Positions 37,462 through 46,414 of a stretch of DNA of 64,000 nucleotides are shown here, piece after piece. Position numbers and translations under genes: made by a program. Every line of letters begins with the position of its first letter. The stretch's first letter is position 1. The stretch is from IMG/VR virus record IMGVR_UViG_3300020582_000004; one strand, 5' to 3'. The stretch comes from an uncultured virus (IMG/VR IMGVR_UViG_3300020582_000004) (Duplodnaviria; Heunggongvirae; Uroviricota; Caudoviricetes). The notes under the pieces were generated by a model that saw only the letters and a list, made by a program, of their open reading frames with translations, was not told the DNA's origin and did no database searches.

Positions 37462-38034
37462 ATGAACTACGGCTACCCGAACTACTGGATTCATCCCGGC
37501 CCGCCCAGTTCGCTCGGGTTTGGTCCGGGCTCGGGTTTTCAAGAAGCGCAGGCCGCTGAGGCTACGTTTCAGAACTTGGCTTACCCGCTCGATCCGTCTG
37601 GCTTCGTGGGTTGGTACGGAGACACTTACGAGAACTTGTACGGCAATGCATACGGGAGCGTGTACGGGGGCGAGTACGCGGGGCTCGATGCTCCTTCGCT
37701 CTCCTCTTGGGGGCGTCAGCTCGGCCAGCAGCTCGGAACGTGGGGCTCGGAAGCCGCGCAGGCGCTCGGACGAGCTGGAACGGCGTTTCAGCAGGGAGCC
37801 GGAAGCTCGTGGACGCCGCTCGGGGATGCGCCGCAGAAAGCCGGGCAGGCAGCGGACACTGCGAAGCTCGCCGCAGACGAGGCGCGTGTGACGCTCAGAC
37901 GCCTCAACGATGCGGCTGATGTCGCGAGCCAGGGTGCCAAGGACGTTGGAGAGGCAGCGCGCGTTGCGAAGTACGCCATCATCGGTCTTTCGATCTTGGG
38001 CGGCGCGGCGCTCGTGTATTACATCGCTAAATGA
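37462..38034 (+). CDS. C-terminally anchored membrane protein
   Basis: Ala-rich helix plus C-terminal TM; GFVG and GEYAG motifs. Confidence 0.65.
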   Translation: MNYGYPNYWIHPGPPSSLGFGPGSGFQEAQAAEATFQNLAYPLDPSGFVGWYGDTYENLYGNAYGSVYGGEYAGLDAPSLSSWGRQLGQQLGTWGSEAAQALGRAGTAFQQGAGSSWTPLGDAPQKAGQAADTAKLAADEARVTLRRLNDAADVASQGAKDVGEAARVAKYAIIGLSILGGAALVYYIAK

Positions 38035-38052
38035 AGAGTGATGGTTATATGA

Positions 38053-39606
38053 GTGCCGATGGACGCCGAATATTTTTGCGACAAATGTAATAAAGGCGTC
38101 GGCAGTCGTTGGACATCGCGTTGTCCGCACTGCGGTGTTCTCAATTGCATCTTCAAAGGCAAGCCCACGAGCGGCAGCAGCGGCAATCGCTGGATCGGCT
38201 CGGGGCAAAAGCCGCGACTCCTGTCCGATGTGCCGATTGAGGACTACGAACGTATCTCGACCGGGACGCGCGAATTCGATCGCGTGCTTGGAGGCGGAAT
38301 CGTCACGGGCTCGACGGTGCTCATTTCGGGCGACCCCGGAATCGGTAAGTCGACGCTGCTTTTGCAAGTCGCGATTGATCTTTCAGTTTGTTCGATGACC
38401 ATGGATGAGAACGGTGAAGAAAAGCCATCTGATCCGCTTATCGTGCTTTACGTGTCGGCAGAGGAAAGCTCGAGCCAGATTAAGGGACGCGCCGTTCGTT
38501 TATCCAAAGAATCTAAGCAATTATTTTTGCACAATGAATCTGATGTGCATGAAATTGCCAAGCACATTATCGACATTGATCCAGACATTCTGATCATCGA
38601 TAGTATTCAAACAATGACTACTCCTGGCATTGATGGAGCAGCAGGTTCAGTAACGCAGGTGCGTGAATGCGCATTGTTTTTGACTGACATATGTAAGAAG
38701 CGCGAAATCGGTTGCTTTTTAGTTGCTCACGTAACGAAGGACGGCGCGATTGCAGGCCCAAAGACACTAGAGCACCTCGTTGATGCGACGCTCGAATTTC
38801 ATAAAGAAGGACAGGGCGAGCTACGTTCGATTCGCACGAGCAAGAATCGCTTTGGAAATACTTCTGAGATGGCGCTTTTTCGAATGACTGGTAACGGCTT
38901 GACGTCAATCGAGAACCCAAGTGAGCTACTCCTTGAACATCATCGAGACGGACTTGCCGGAGTCTGTATTGGTTTTGCGGCCACCGGTCCTCGTCCGCTC
39001 GCTGTCGAGCTTCAAGTCATTCTTGGTCCGTCATCCAGTAATGGAAGTGCGGAGCGAATACAGTACAAGCGACTCGTTACGGGCCTTGGGACTCAGCGAG
39101 CAACACAGGTCATAGCCATTCTGCAGCGCAGATTTGGTCTGGATCTGAATCGTGAAATCCTGATCAATCTTCCAGGCGGTCTTGAAGAGGTTCGCGACCC
39201 AGCGATGGATTTGCCGCTTGCTCTCGCTTTGGTGTCCTATGCTCTGAACATTGCGCTGCCAAAGGGATTTGTTTGCTTTGGCGAGCTGGGATTAGCTGGA
39301 GAAGTTCGGCCAGTTATCTATGGCGAAGCGCGCGTAAAAGCGGCGACGCTGATGAAGTTTACGCAGATTATGGGACCGTTTGCGCCGACTTATGAGACTG
39401 GCGGAATCGCAGAGGCTATTGCTCAGTCTGAAGATGTTGACGACGGTAGCGCTGTATCTCAGTATTGGCCGGTTGCTACGCTTGAAGAAGCGCTGGATTC
39501 ATTAGGATTCGAGATTGCGCCGCCTTTGCCGAAGCAGGCCAAGCTTCAACGCAAGAAGAATAAGCCGTCGCTTCACGTCGTGAAGGACGAGCCGAATCTC
39601 GATTAG
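38053..39606 (+). CDS. radA: DNA repair protein RadA/Sms
   Basis: C4 Zn finger (CDKC...CPHC), Walker A GDPGIGKST, IIDSIQT, KNRFG, Lon-like C-terminal domain (GELGLAGEVR). Confidence 0.93.
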   Translation: MPMDAEYFCDKCNKGVGSRWTSRCPHCGVLNCIFKGKPTSGSSGNRWIGSGQKPRLLSDVPIEDYERISTGTREFDRVLGGGIVTGSTVLISGDPGIGKSTLLLQVAIDLSVCSMTMDENGEEKPSDPLIVLYVSAEESSSQIKGRAVRLSKESKQLFLHNESDVHEIAKHIIDIDPDILIIDSIQTMTTPGIDGAAGSVTQVRECALFLTDICKKREIGCFLVAHVTKDGAIAGPKTLEHLVDATLEFHKEGQGELRSIRTSKNRFGNTSEMALFRMTGNGLTSIENPSELLLEHHRDGLAGVCIGFAATGPRPLAVELQVILGPSSSNGSAERIQYKRLVTGLGTQRATQVIAILQRRFGLDLNREILINLPGGLEEVRDPAMDLPLALALVSYALNIALPKGFVCFGELGLAGEVRPVIYGEARVKAATLMKFTQIMGPFAPTYETGGIAEAIAQSEDVDDGSAVSQYWPVATLEEALDSLGFEIAPPLPKQAKLQRKKNKPSLHVVKDEPNLD

Positions 39607-39676
39607 CTTTTGAAAAATTCGCAACTGGGCGAATTTTCTCGTACTATTTCCCGATGACTCCGAAAGAGAAAACCTC

Positions 39677-40624
39677 ATGAACCGTCCTCCGTTTCCGCCT
39701 CCGTACGCTCAGCCCCCGTATCCGCAACAACCAGGCAGCGCCCCGAACCCCGGTCGCCCTCGCGGCATTCGCGACGGCCTCGTGCAGCAAAGCCAGAACC
39801 GCTCTGCCTTCGTGCGCGACGCCATCACCAAGCTCGACGCGGGTTTCTCCGCGCTCGACGTGGAAGCCGCGAACGTGGTCGCGCGGCTCGCGCAGCAGAA
39901 TCCCGTGGCCCACCGTCAGCTCGAGATGAGTCTCTCAGCAACGCGTGCTGTGCAGCAGCGCGTTCGGCAAGTGCTCCTCGAGCTTGCATCGGCCGACAGC
40001 GCGCTCACGGGCGAGCTTTCGCGTTGGATCGCGGGCCAGCCTCCGAGTACCTACGTTCCTCAGCAAGCGCAAGCACAAGCACCGCAGTATCCGCAGCAGC
40101 CTTGGCCGCAACAACAAGCTGGCGGTGCGCCTCAAGGTGGTGGAGCGCAGCAGGCTCCGAATCCTGCGCTCATGCCGAATATTCCGCCAGGGCAGCTCGA
40201 CATGCGTGATCCAATGCAGGCTGCCGCAGCGATGCTTCGCGCGGAGCAAATGCCTCTTGGCCCGCAGCCAATGATGCAGCAGCAAATGATGCCGCCGCAG
40301 TACGCACAACCGCAGTACGCGCAGCCTGGCATCGCGGTGCCGCCTGGCGCGGGTGCGGGCGCGGGTGTTCCGCAGTATAACGGACAGCCGCTTCCGCAGC
40401 CGCAGGTTCCGGTGCAAATGCAATACGCCGATCCGTCGCAAGCCGGCCCCCCGAACATGCCGGTCGCTCCTCCCGTGATGCAATACGCGTCACCCGAAGC
40501 GGCTCAAGCGGCTGTGGCAGCATCGCACGCGGCAGGAGTTCCTGTAGCTGCCGTGACGGCGACGGCCGCGGGTCCCGTTTCGCCGGCCGCGAATGGCACT
40601 GCGTCGAAACCGGCGACGACATAG
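39677..40624 (+). CDS. Pro/Gln-rich protein with helical core
   Basis: Coiled helical N-domain with a P/Q/A-rich tail. Confidence 0.6.
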   Translation: MNRPPFPPPYAQPPYPQQPGSAPNPGRPRGIRDGLVQQSQNRSAFVRDAITKLDAGFSALDVEAANVVARLAQQNPVAHRQLEMSLSATRAVQQRVRQVLLELASADSALTGELSRWIAGQPPSTYVPQQAQAQAPQYPQQPWPQQQAGGAPQGGGAQQAPNPALMPNIPPGQLDMRDPMQAAAAMLRAEQMPLGPQPMMQQQMMPPQYAQPQYAQPGIAVPPGAGAGAGVPQYNGQPLPQPQVPVQMQYADPSQAGPPNMPVAPPVMQYASPEAAQAAVAASHAAGVPVAAVTATAAGPVSPAANGTASKPATT

Positions 40625-40633
40625 GAGACAATC

Positions 40634-40771
40634 ATGGCGAAACGAAAGAAGAAGCGGTCGGGTGGGCATTTGCCCATTTCGATTCTCCGGCATCGGCTGA
40701 GGGCACTCAAAGCGCTCGTGCGTAAGCGTTCACGCAAGGCTCGCAAAGCGCATCATCGCCGGAGCCGGTAG
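40634..40771 (+). CDS. Protamine-like basic peptide (45 aa; not in ORF track)
   Basis: AGGAG RBS; MAKRKKKRSGGHLPISILRHRLRALKALVRKRSRKARKAHHRRSR. Confidence 0.7.
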   Translation: MAKRKKKRSGGHLPISILRHRLRALKALVRKRSRKARKAHHRRSR

Positions 40772-40774
40772 TTC

Positions 40775-41383
40775 GTGACGCCGATTGAGTTTGCCAGCGA
40801 GCTGCTCGTTCGACTCGGCCTCCCCGTGACCGAGAACAACATCGCTGCGCTCGTCGGTCTGCAAATTCAAGAAGGCGGTCACGTCGCAAACTCGGCAGCG
40901 TTCAATCCGATGAACGTGACGCAGCTGATCAAGGGCGTCTCGCATCTTGCACCGGGCTTCTCGGAAAAAGGTCCGCAAATTCAGGCGTATCCGGATTGGG
41001 AAGCCGGGCTGCAAGCGACAGCGACGCTCTTCAAGAACGGGCTCTACAAGGGGGTCCTGGCTTCGCTTGCGCGGAGCGCATCGCCGAACGACACGCTTCG
41101 AGAGATCGCGCTCTCGCCTTACGGCTGGTACGAAATCAAGGGCGGCAAACGCGTTCCGCTTCCCTATCCCGCTGCCATCGCTGCCGCAGCGGCGTGGCGC
41201 GTGTACGGCTCGAAGCCTTTTCCGGGCTCGAGCGGCGGGTGGATCGCAACGAGCGAAGGCGCATTGAAGCAGCTCTTTCAGCCGCGGAATGTGAAGTACG
41301 GCATCGTGGCTTTTGCTGGAGTGACGGCGCTGGTCGGTATCGCGCTCGTTGCTTACGGTGTGCATAAGCATCGGAGCGCGTGA
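40775..41383 (+). CDS. Membrane-anchored lysozyme-fold (muralytic-like) protein
   Basis: IQEGG...FNPMN...QAYPDWEAGLQAT...GLY pattern like glucosaminidase/lysozyme-superfamily proteins; C-terminal TM. Confidence 0.5.
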   Translation: MTPIEFASELLVRLGLPVTENNIAALVGLQIQEGGHVANSAAFNPMNVTQLIKGVSHLAPGFSEKGPQIQAYPDWEAGLQATATLFKNGLYKGVLASLARSASPNDTLREIALSPYGWYEIKGGKRVPLPYPAAIAAAAAWRVYGSKPFPGSSGGWIATSEGALKQLFQPRNVKYGIVAFAGVTALVGIALVAYGVHKHRSA

Positions 41384-41384
41384 C

Positions 41385-41687
41385 GTGTATTACGTGGCGA
41401 ACATAGCGGGCTCAACCCAGCTGTTCGATGACGGTTACGGGATGCAGACTGCGCCTGCGTACGGTCTTGATGTGTTCAATCACCGATACGAGCTTTCGCC
41501 TGAAGTCGCCGACGAGCTAACGCGTCGGTACCAGGCTAAGCACAGTCGCTTGCCGCTCGGGAACGCAGTGGCGCGCGTGACGAAAGCATTTGGCGCGCAG
41601 CCGTGTGCTCCGTGTCAGCGTCGCCAGGCGATGCTCAACGAGATGGGCGATCGGATTGCTGGTTACTGGCGGGGTCTGAAGCTCTAG
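41385..41687 (+). CDS. Small phage protein with PCxxCxxR motif
   Basis: LGNAVARVTKAFGAQPCAPCQRRQAMLN. Confidence 0.55.
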   Translation: MYYVANIAGSTQLFDDGYGMQTAPAYGLDVFNHRYELSPEVADELTRRYQAKHSRLPLGNAVARVTKAFGAQPCAPCQRRQAMLNEMGDRIAGYWRGLKL

Positions 41688-41965
41688 TTTGACGAACCAG
41701 GCGTATCGAGCTTGTCTAATGATTCGAGATCCTTTTCGGATAGAAGCCGATCACGAAAAGCGAGTGGCGGCATCTCGAATATTTCATGAACTTTACACGA
41801 GCTGTTTTCCGGCATGAAATCGTATCTTTGTTGTGCGACTTTTACGGCCCCAAGCTCGTTGGCTGAGTCATCTGTCTCGATGAACACGGCGCCGTAAAAT
41901 CGGCCTATGTATCTCTTTTCATTAATGTCGTAAGCGCGAGCGATGCTGATGTACCAATACTTCAT
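41684..41965 (-). CDS. Hypothetical protein
   Basis: Coupled to the upstream minus-strand ORF. Confidence 0.55.
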   Translation of the reverse strand: MKYWYISIARAYDINEKRYIGRFYGAVFIETDDSANELGAVKVAQQRYDFMPENSSCKVHEIFEMPPLAFRDRLLSEKDLESLDKLDTPGSSN

Positions 41966-42303
41966 TTAGTTGGCGCAGCTTGCGGCGCGCGTGGCGAGGT
42001 TTGAGGCGCTTGTGTGGCTTGGGGCGCAACGGGTTCCGTAGGCATTTGGTCGAGAAGCTTTTTGTGCTCCGCGGCAATCGAGACGAGGTAACTGCGGCAC
42101 TCTTCGCAAACTTCAGGGGTGGCCGCCGCTCCGATTTCGCCCATGCCGATGCCGAGCAAGAGCGCTTCTTTGATCGCCTCAGGGGGCGGGCGCTGCACCT
42201 GGTAAGCGCGCTGCGTGAGGGTCATGGCGAGGGCACAGTGCGAGCAGATGTCGGGATGGAGGGGCATCTGGGCAAGATACAGCGACTTGACGGCGGTGAT
42301 CAA
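41962..42303 (-). CDS. Hypothetical Zn-binding protein
   Basis: CSHC...CEEC. Confidence 0.55.
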   Translation of the reverse strand: MITAVKSLYLAQMPLHPDICSHCALAMTLTQRAYQVQRPPPEAIKEALLLGIGMGEIGAAATPEVCEECRSYLVSIAAEHKKLLDQMPTEPVAPQATQAPQTSPRAPQAAPTK

Positions 42304-42562
42304 GGCTCACGGATCTTCGCCTTCCCCCATCGTAATCATGTACTCCTGAGTGAAGATCGCGAGCCCAAGAAGGAAGCGCCCAGTGATTCGGATTCGAGAC
42401 ATCATGATTGCACCAGGCGGTACTTTTTCTCGCGAAACTTTATGCCTCGTCGTTTGAGTTCAGCGCGTTCGTGTTTACTGAGTCGGTCGCGGCTGATGAA
42501 TTCTGCACGGTCTGAGTACTGAATGAGGTAGAGGACGCGATTACGCAGCGGTGGAAAAGAAG

Positions 42563-42790
42563 TCATTTGGGTTTGTAGCTCGCGAGGCTTTCGAAGTGTT
42601 TGAACCCGGTCTCCATGGCCGCTCGAAAGCCGTCTATGTACGTGAGCGTCTTGCCGGGAGGTGTGAGATGTTCGGCGAGCTTCTCGGCGCGCTCCTTCCA
42701 CGCGTAGGGCACGCGAATGGTGATCTGGGTGGTTACGGGTGGCCAGATGGTGGTTGTGTTGCCGCTTTTGTCGCGGTTTTTGCGTGGCAT
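42563..42790 (-). CDS. Ribbon-helix-helix-like protein
   Basis: TQITIRVPYAWKERAEKLA...YIDGFRAAMETG; divergent from Ku. Confidence 0.55.
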   Translation of the reverse strand: MPRKNRDKSGNTTTIWPPVTTQITIRVPYAWKERAEKLAEHLTPPGKTLTYIDGFRAAMETGFKHFESLASYKPK

Positions 42791-42875
42791 GAGGTGAAGC
42801 GTACAACGAGACGTCTTGGCTAGCAACCAGGAAACTTTACGTGCATTTCTTTGGTATGCGCTGTATGGTCAAGCC

Positions 42876-43679
42876 ATGACAGCTCGATCCATTGGTTCCG
42901 GTGTGATTTCGCTCGGTCTCGTTTCGATCCCGTTCAAGGTGTACGTCGCAGCGGCGTCGCAGAACGTCGAATTCAACTTGCTGCACAAGAGATGCGGCGG
43001 GCGAATGAAGCAGGCGTATCACTGTCACGTTTGTGTTAGTCCTGGTGACCAAAATGATTCAGTCACTGTCGAGCGCTCGGAAATGGTGAAGGGGTTCGAG
43101 TTCGCGAAGGACCAGTACGTGCAGTTTTCGGAAGAAGACTTGAAGAAGCTCGAGTCACCCAAGATTGACTCGCTCGAGATCGTCGAGTTCGTGCCTGTCA
43201 GCACGGTTAGTTTGGTTTACATCGACAAAAGCTACTATATCGGTCCGGATAAGGGCGCTGAGCGCTCCTACTTGCTTTTCACGCAGGCCATGGGCGAAAA
43301 AGGCGTCGTCGCGGTCGGCAAGTACTGGACGCGAGGGCGTCTTCAGCTCGTGGTCATCGAGCCGCACATGAGCGGCGACAAAATTGGTCTTGTGATGCAC
43401 TACATGCACTACGCGAATGAAGTGCGGAGCTTCGAGGAAGTCGCTGTGACTGATACGGGAGACTTCAAGAAGATCGAGCTGGAACTCGCGTATCAACTCA
43501 TCAAGCAGCTGTCGTCAGAAGCGTTTGCTCCCGAAAAGTATCGCGATGAGTACCAGGACCGAGTCCGCGAAGCCGTGGATCAAAAGATCACAGGGCGCGA
43601 GATCGTTCTGTCCGAGGAAGAGCCGAAGCCGGCGATCTTGGACCTGTACGAGGCGCTCAAGCGCTCGGTTTCGCACTAA
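42876..43679 (+). CDS. ku: Ku (prokaryotic non-homologous end-joining end-binding protein)
   Basis: ARSIGSGVISLGLVSIPFKVY...FNLLH...VKGFE...EIVEFVP...YYIGP...YRDEY...DLYEALKRS; lacks the basic C-terminal tail. Confidence 0.92.
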   Translation: MTARSIGSGVISLGLVSIPFKVYVAAASQNVEFNLLHKRCGGRMKQAYHCHVCVSPGDQNDSVTVERSEMVKGFEFAKDQYVQFSEEDLKKLESPKIDSLEIVEFVPVSTVSLVYIDKSYYIGPDKGAERSYLLFTQAMGEKGVVAVGKYWTRGRLQLVVIEPHMSGDKIGLVMHYMHYANEVRSFEEVAVTDTGDFKKIELELAYQLIKQLSSEAFAPEKYRDEYQDRVREAVDQKITGREIVLSEEEPKPAILDLYEALKRSVSH

Positions 43680-43697
43680 ATTCGTTGGCTGTGTTGG

Positions 43698-44615
43698 CTA
43701 TTTGCGGCGTCTCGGTGCGTTTCGCTTCGTTTGGAGCCTAGCGACCTCATCAAGCTTGCGTTCGAGCGTTGCGAACTTGGCTCCGACTTTCATGACAGCG
43801 AACGTGGCAAGGGCTCCTGCGGCAATCCACACGATGGGGTGAATCTTAGAGCCCCCAGAAGACGTGATGACGTCAAAGCCTGCTGCGCGCTCGAGTGAAA
43901 GCGGCTGCGGCCTAGGGTGAAACCGCATGTACTCGAGCACTCGAGAGTGCGGCTCGGGCACTGTTTCGAAGCTACGAAGCGGAACGACGTAGACGTTGTC
44001 GTCGCCTGAATCGAGTGGGAAGGCTGCAATGAGTGTGTCGTCTGGAGGAGGCGGCGGCTTGCCGAAGCCATTTCCTGCATCGGCGCTGACGTCATTGGAC
44101 GCAAGGTGAGGATTCTCTTGTGCCCATTTGCCCCAAGCGTCGGCCCACCAGTTCGGCTTTTCCGGAAGCGGGGGCGGCCAATGCGTGGGCAAACCTCCGT
44201 GCGCACGCGTTGTGGGTGGAGTGGGCGGAGTTTCTGTGACTTCTGCTGGCGCAACAACCGAGACAGAGGGGATCCCGACGCCAGGCGCCTCGATGATGAT
44301 CGCGATTTCATCGGGTGGAACGACGCTCGGTGAGAGAATGCCGGGCGGCTCGACGATGATCGCGACGTGTGCTGGCGCAACGCCATCATTGCCTGCGGTG
44401 CCCGTCGCAGGTGTAATGCCTGGAGGACTGACGATTTGGATGACTTCAGGTGCGGCTGCAACGACTGAAGCCGAAGGGATCCCTGGCGGATAAAGGTTGA
44501 TCGCCGAGAGCCCGATGGCTGTTTTGTCGAGCCAACCGTTGATCGGGTCGGCGAGGTCGGCATCGAACAAGCCCTGGTAGTTGAGCTTGACGTCGAAATT
44601 ACCGATGCGAGCCAT
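43698..44615 (-). CDS. Pro-rich protein with PxGI repeats and C-terminal TM
   Basis: Repeated PPGI/APGV motifs; TM near the C-terminus. Confidence 0.6.
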   Translation of the reverse strand: MARIGNFDVKLNYQGLFDADLADPINGWLDKTAIGLSAINLYPPGIPSASVVAAAPEVIQIVSPPGITPATGTAGNDGVAPAHVAIIVEPPGILSPSVVPPDEIAIIIEAPGVGIPSVSVVAPAEVTETPPTPPTTRAHGGLPTHWPPPLPEKPNWWADAWGKWAQENPHLASNDVSADAGNGFGKPPPPPDDTLIAAFPLDSGDDNVYVVPLRSFETVPEPHSRVLEYMRFHPRPQPLSLERAAGFDVITSSGGSKIHPIVWIAAGALATFAVMKVGAKFATLERKLDEVARLQTKRNAPRRRK

Positions 44616-44667
44616 GAGCCTCGACCAGTTTACTCTGGCTCCGGGAAGTCAGAAAATTACGAGGAAT

Positions 44668-45684
44668 TCAAGCCGAGTTCGTGAGTCCGAGCCACTTCGG
44701 ATTCTCGATGAACCATTTCACGGTCTTCTCGAGCGAAGCTTCGAGCCCCATGGGCCTCTTCCAGCCAAGCTCGCGAATGAGATCATCGCGCATGCGGTAT
44801 GCGAGGTCGTGGCCGGGCCGGCTCTCGTGAAAGGAGACCATTTCGTAGTGAAGTGGCTTGCCGAGGAAGCCAGCAATCATCTTGGCGAGGTCGAGGTTCG
44901 AGATCTCACGTTCACCGCAGACGTGGATCTTGAGCGGCATTTCTCTTCCTGCTTGATCACGATCGATGAGAAAATCGAGCGCATGCGCGTACGTTCGGCA
45001 GTGAAGATAGAAGCGTGTCCCCGCACGAGTGCGTGAGGGATCCGCGTGGATGATCATCGTCTCGCCGAGCAGAGCCGAGCGAATGCACTTCGGAACCATC
45101 TTCTCGAAATGCTGGCGCTCGCCGATGAGATTCATGGTGGAGCAAATTGTAATCGGCAACTTGTACGTATTTGCATACGCCATGGCGACGCACTCGCCGC
45201 CAGCCTTCGCCGCTGCATAGGGATTGGCTGGGCGAAACCTTGCGTTCTCGTCGAACGCATTGCTTGTATCATCGAGTGATGCGGGGCCGTACGATTCGTC
45301 CGTACTCACACAGAAGACACGTTTAAGTGTTTTCATTCCACGAAGCCACCACAAGAGGTGGTGCGTGCCGATCACGTTCGACTGCAAGAACGGAAGCGGG
45401 TCGACGATGGAATTATCGACGTGAGTCTCCGCGGCAGCATGAATGACGTAGTCTACGTTTCCGACTTCGTGGGCTACGCCGAGCGGAAGAGGCTGGTTGA
45501 TGTCGCAGCCGAGCACGCAAATGCGATGACCGTCGAATGTCGCGATGTCGCGCAAACGGTCGTAGCCGTTTGACGCGTAGGTCATCTTATCGAGAATGAT
45601 GATTTCGGCATCGGTCGACCGTAGAAAATGCTCGGCGATGTGATGGCCGAGGAATCCGAGACCGCCCGTGATGAGAAGTCGCAT
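44668..45684 (-). CDS. rfbB: dTDP-glucose 4,6-dehydratase-like NDP-sugar dehydratase
   Basis: TGGLGFLG, DKMTYA, HAAAETHVD, STDE, YAAAK, RPGHD..Y. Confidence 0.88.
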   Translation of the reverse strand: MRLLITGGLGFLGHHIAEHFLRSTDAEIIILDKMTYASNGYDRLRDIATFDGHRICVLGCDINQPLPLGVAHEVGNVDYVIHAAAETHVDNSIVDPLPFLQSNVIGTHHLLWWLRGMKTLKRVFCVSTDESYGPASLDDTSNAFDENARFRPANPYAAAKAGGECVAMAYANTYKLPITICSTMNLIGERQHFEKMVPKCIRSALLGETMIIHADPSRTRAGTRFYLHCRTYAHALDFLIDRDQAGREMPLKIHVCGEREISNLDLAKMIAGFLGKPLHYEMVSFHESRPGHDLAYRMRDDLIRELGWKRPMGLEASLEKTVKWFIENPKWLGLTNSA

Positions 45685-45699
45685 GCCTCTTCGTCCTCT

Positions 45700-46392
45700 T
45701 CAGATCGCCGGGAGCTTCTTCAGCTTCGCGATCCAGTCGACCGTGACATTCCAGTAGTTCTGGAAGCGCTGCGCCTGTGCCTCGGCCGAGCGGAGCGTCT
45801 CCTCCTGCGGAAGGCTGTGCGTGATGTCGACGCCAAAGTTACACTTGGCGCGGTAGTGGTCGAGGGAATTGAGCTTACGCCACTCAGCGCTGAAGTAGAG
45901 AAACGTCTCCTGCATGAAGAATCTGCGGTGCGTCGGGTCCCAGAACGCGCGGTTCGATCGCCCCGAGGGTACGATGACCTGCATCCAGGCGTCGACCTTC
46001 ATGATGCGGTAGCACTCGTCCATGAATGCGAAGAGCATGTCCTGACCGAGAAATATTTGATCAGGAGCTGACGGCTGCGAGATCCTGCTGAGATCTCGAT
46101 GCTCAACTTCGCGAGCCGGGATGTGCTCCAAAAAGTGCGAGGCATGTAGCTCGTCCACCGAGTCGCTCTCGAAAGGCCAGGGGAACGTGAAGAGATTGAA
46201 GATGTGCTTGGCCTTGCCGCCGTAGAGGTCGACGCCCTCGAACCCTTCTTTGGGGTTCTGGCCGCAACCGAGGTCGAGCTTCAAGGTCGAGCGCGGCGAA
46301 GCCAAGACCAAAACCGGTTCCGGCGACGGATGAACGATGTCAGAGGTCTTCGATACGCGACTTACGTCGCGGTTCTTTTTCTTTTTTGTCAT
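45700..46392 (-). CDS. Class I SAM-dependent methyltransferase
   Basis: KLDLGCG, FPWPFESDSVDE...HFLEH, DPTH. Confidence 0.8.
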   Translation of the reverse strand: MTKKKKNRDVSRVSKTSDIVHPSPEPVLVLASPRSTLKLDLGCGQNPKEGFEGVDLYGGKAKHIFNLFTFPWPFESDSVDELHASHFLEHIPAREVEHRDLSRISQPSAPDQIFLGQDMLFAFMDECYRIMKVDAWMQVIVPSGRSNRAFWDPTHRRFFMQETFLYFSAEWRKLNSLDHYRAKCNFGVDITHSLPQEETLRSAEAQAQRFQNYWNVTVDWIAKLKKLPAI

Positions 46393-46414
46393 GCCACTTT
46401 GTTCCTTAGAATGA

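Noticed and set aside
9130..41371. Long minus-strand ORFs across the structural block (e.g. 9967-11013, 35211-36341, 37339-38367)
   Set aside because: They are Arg-rich shadow frames opposite well-supported + strand genes.
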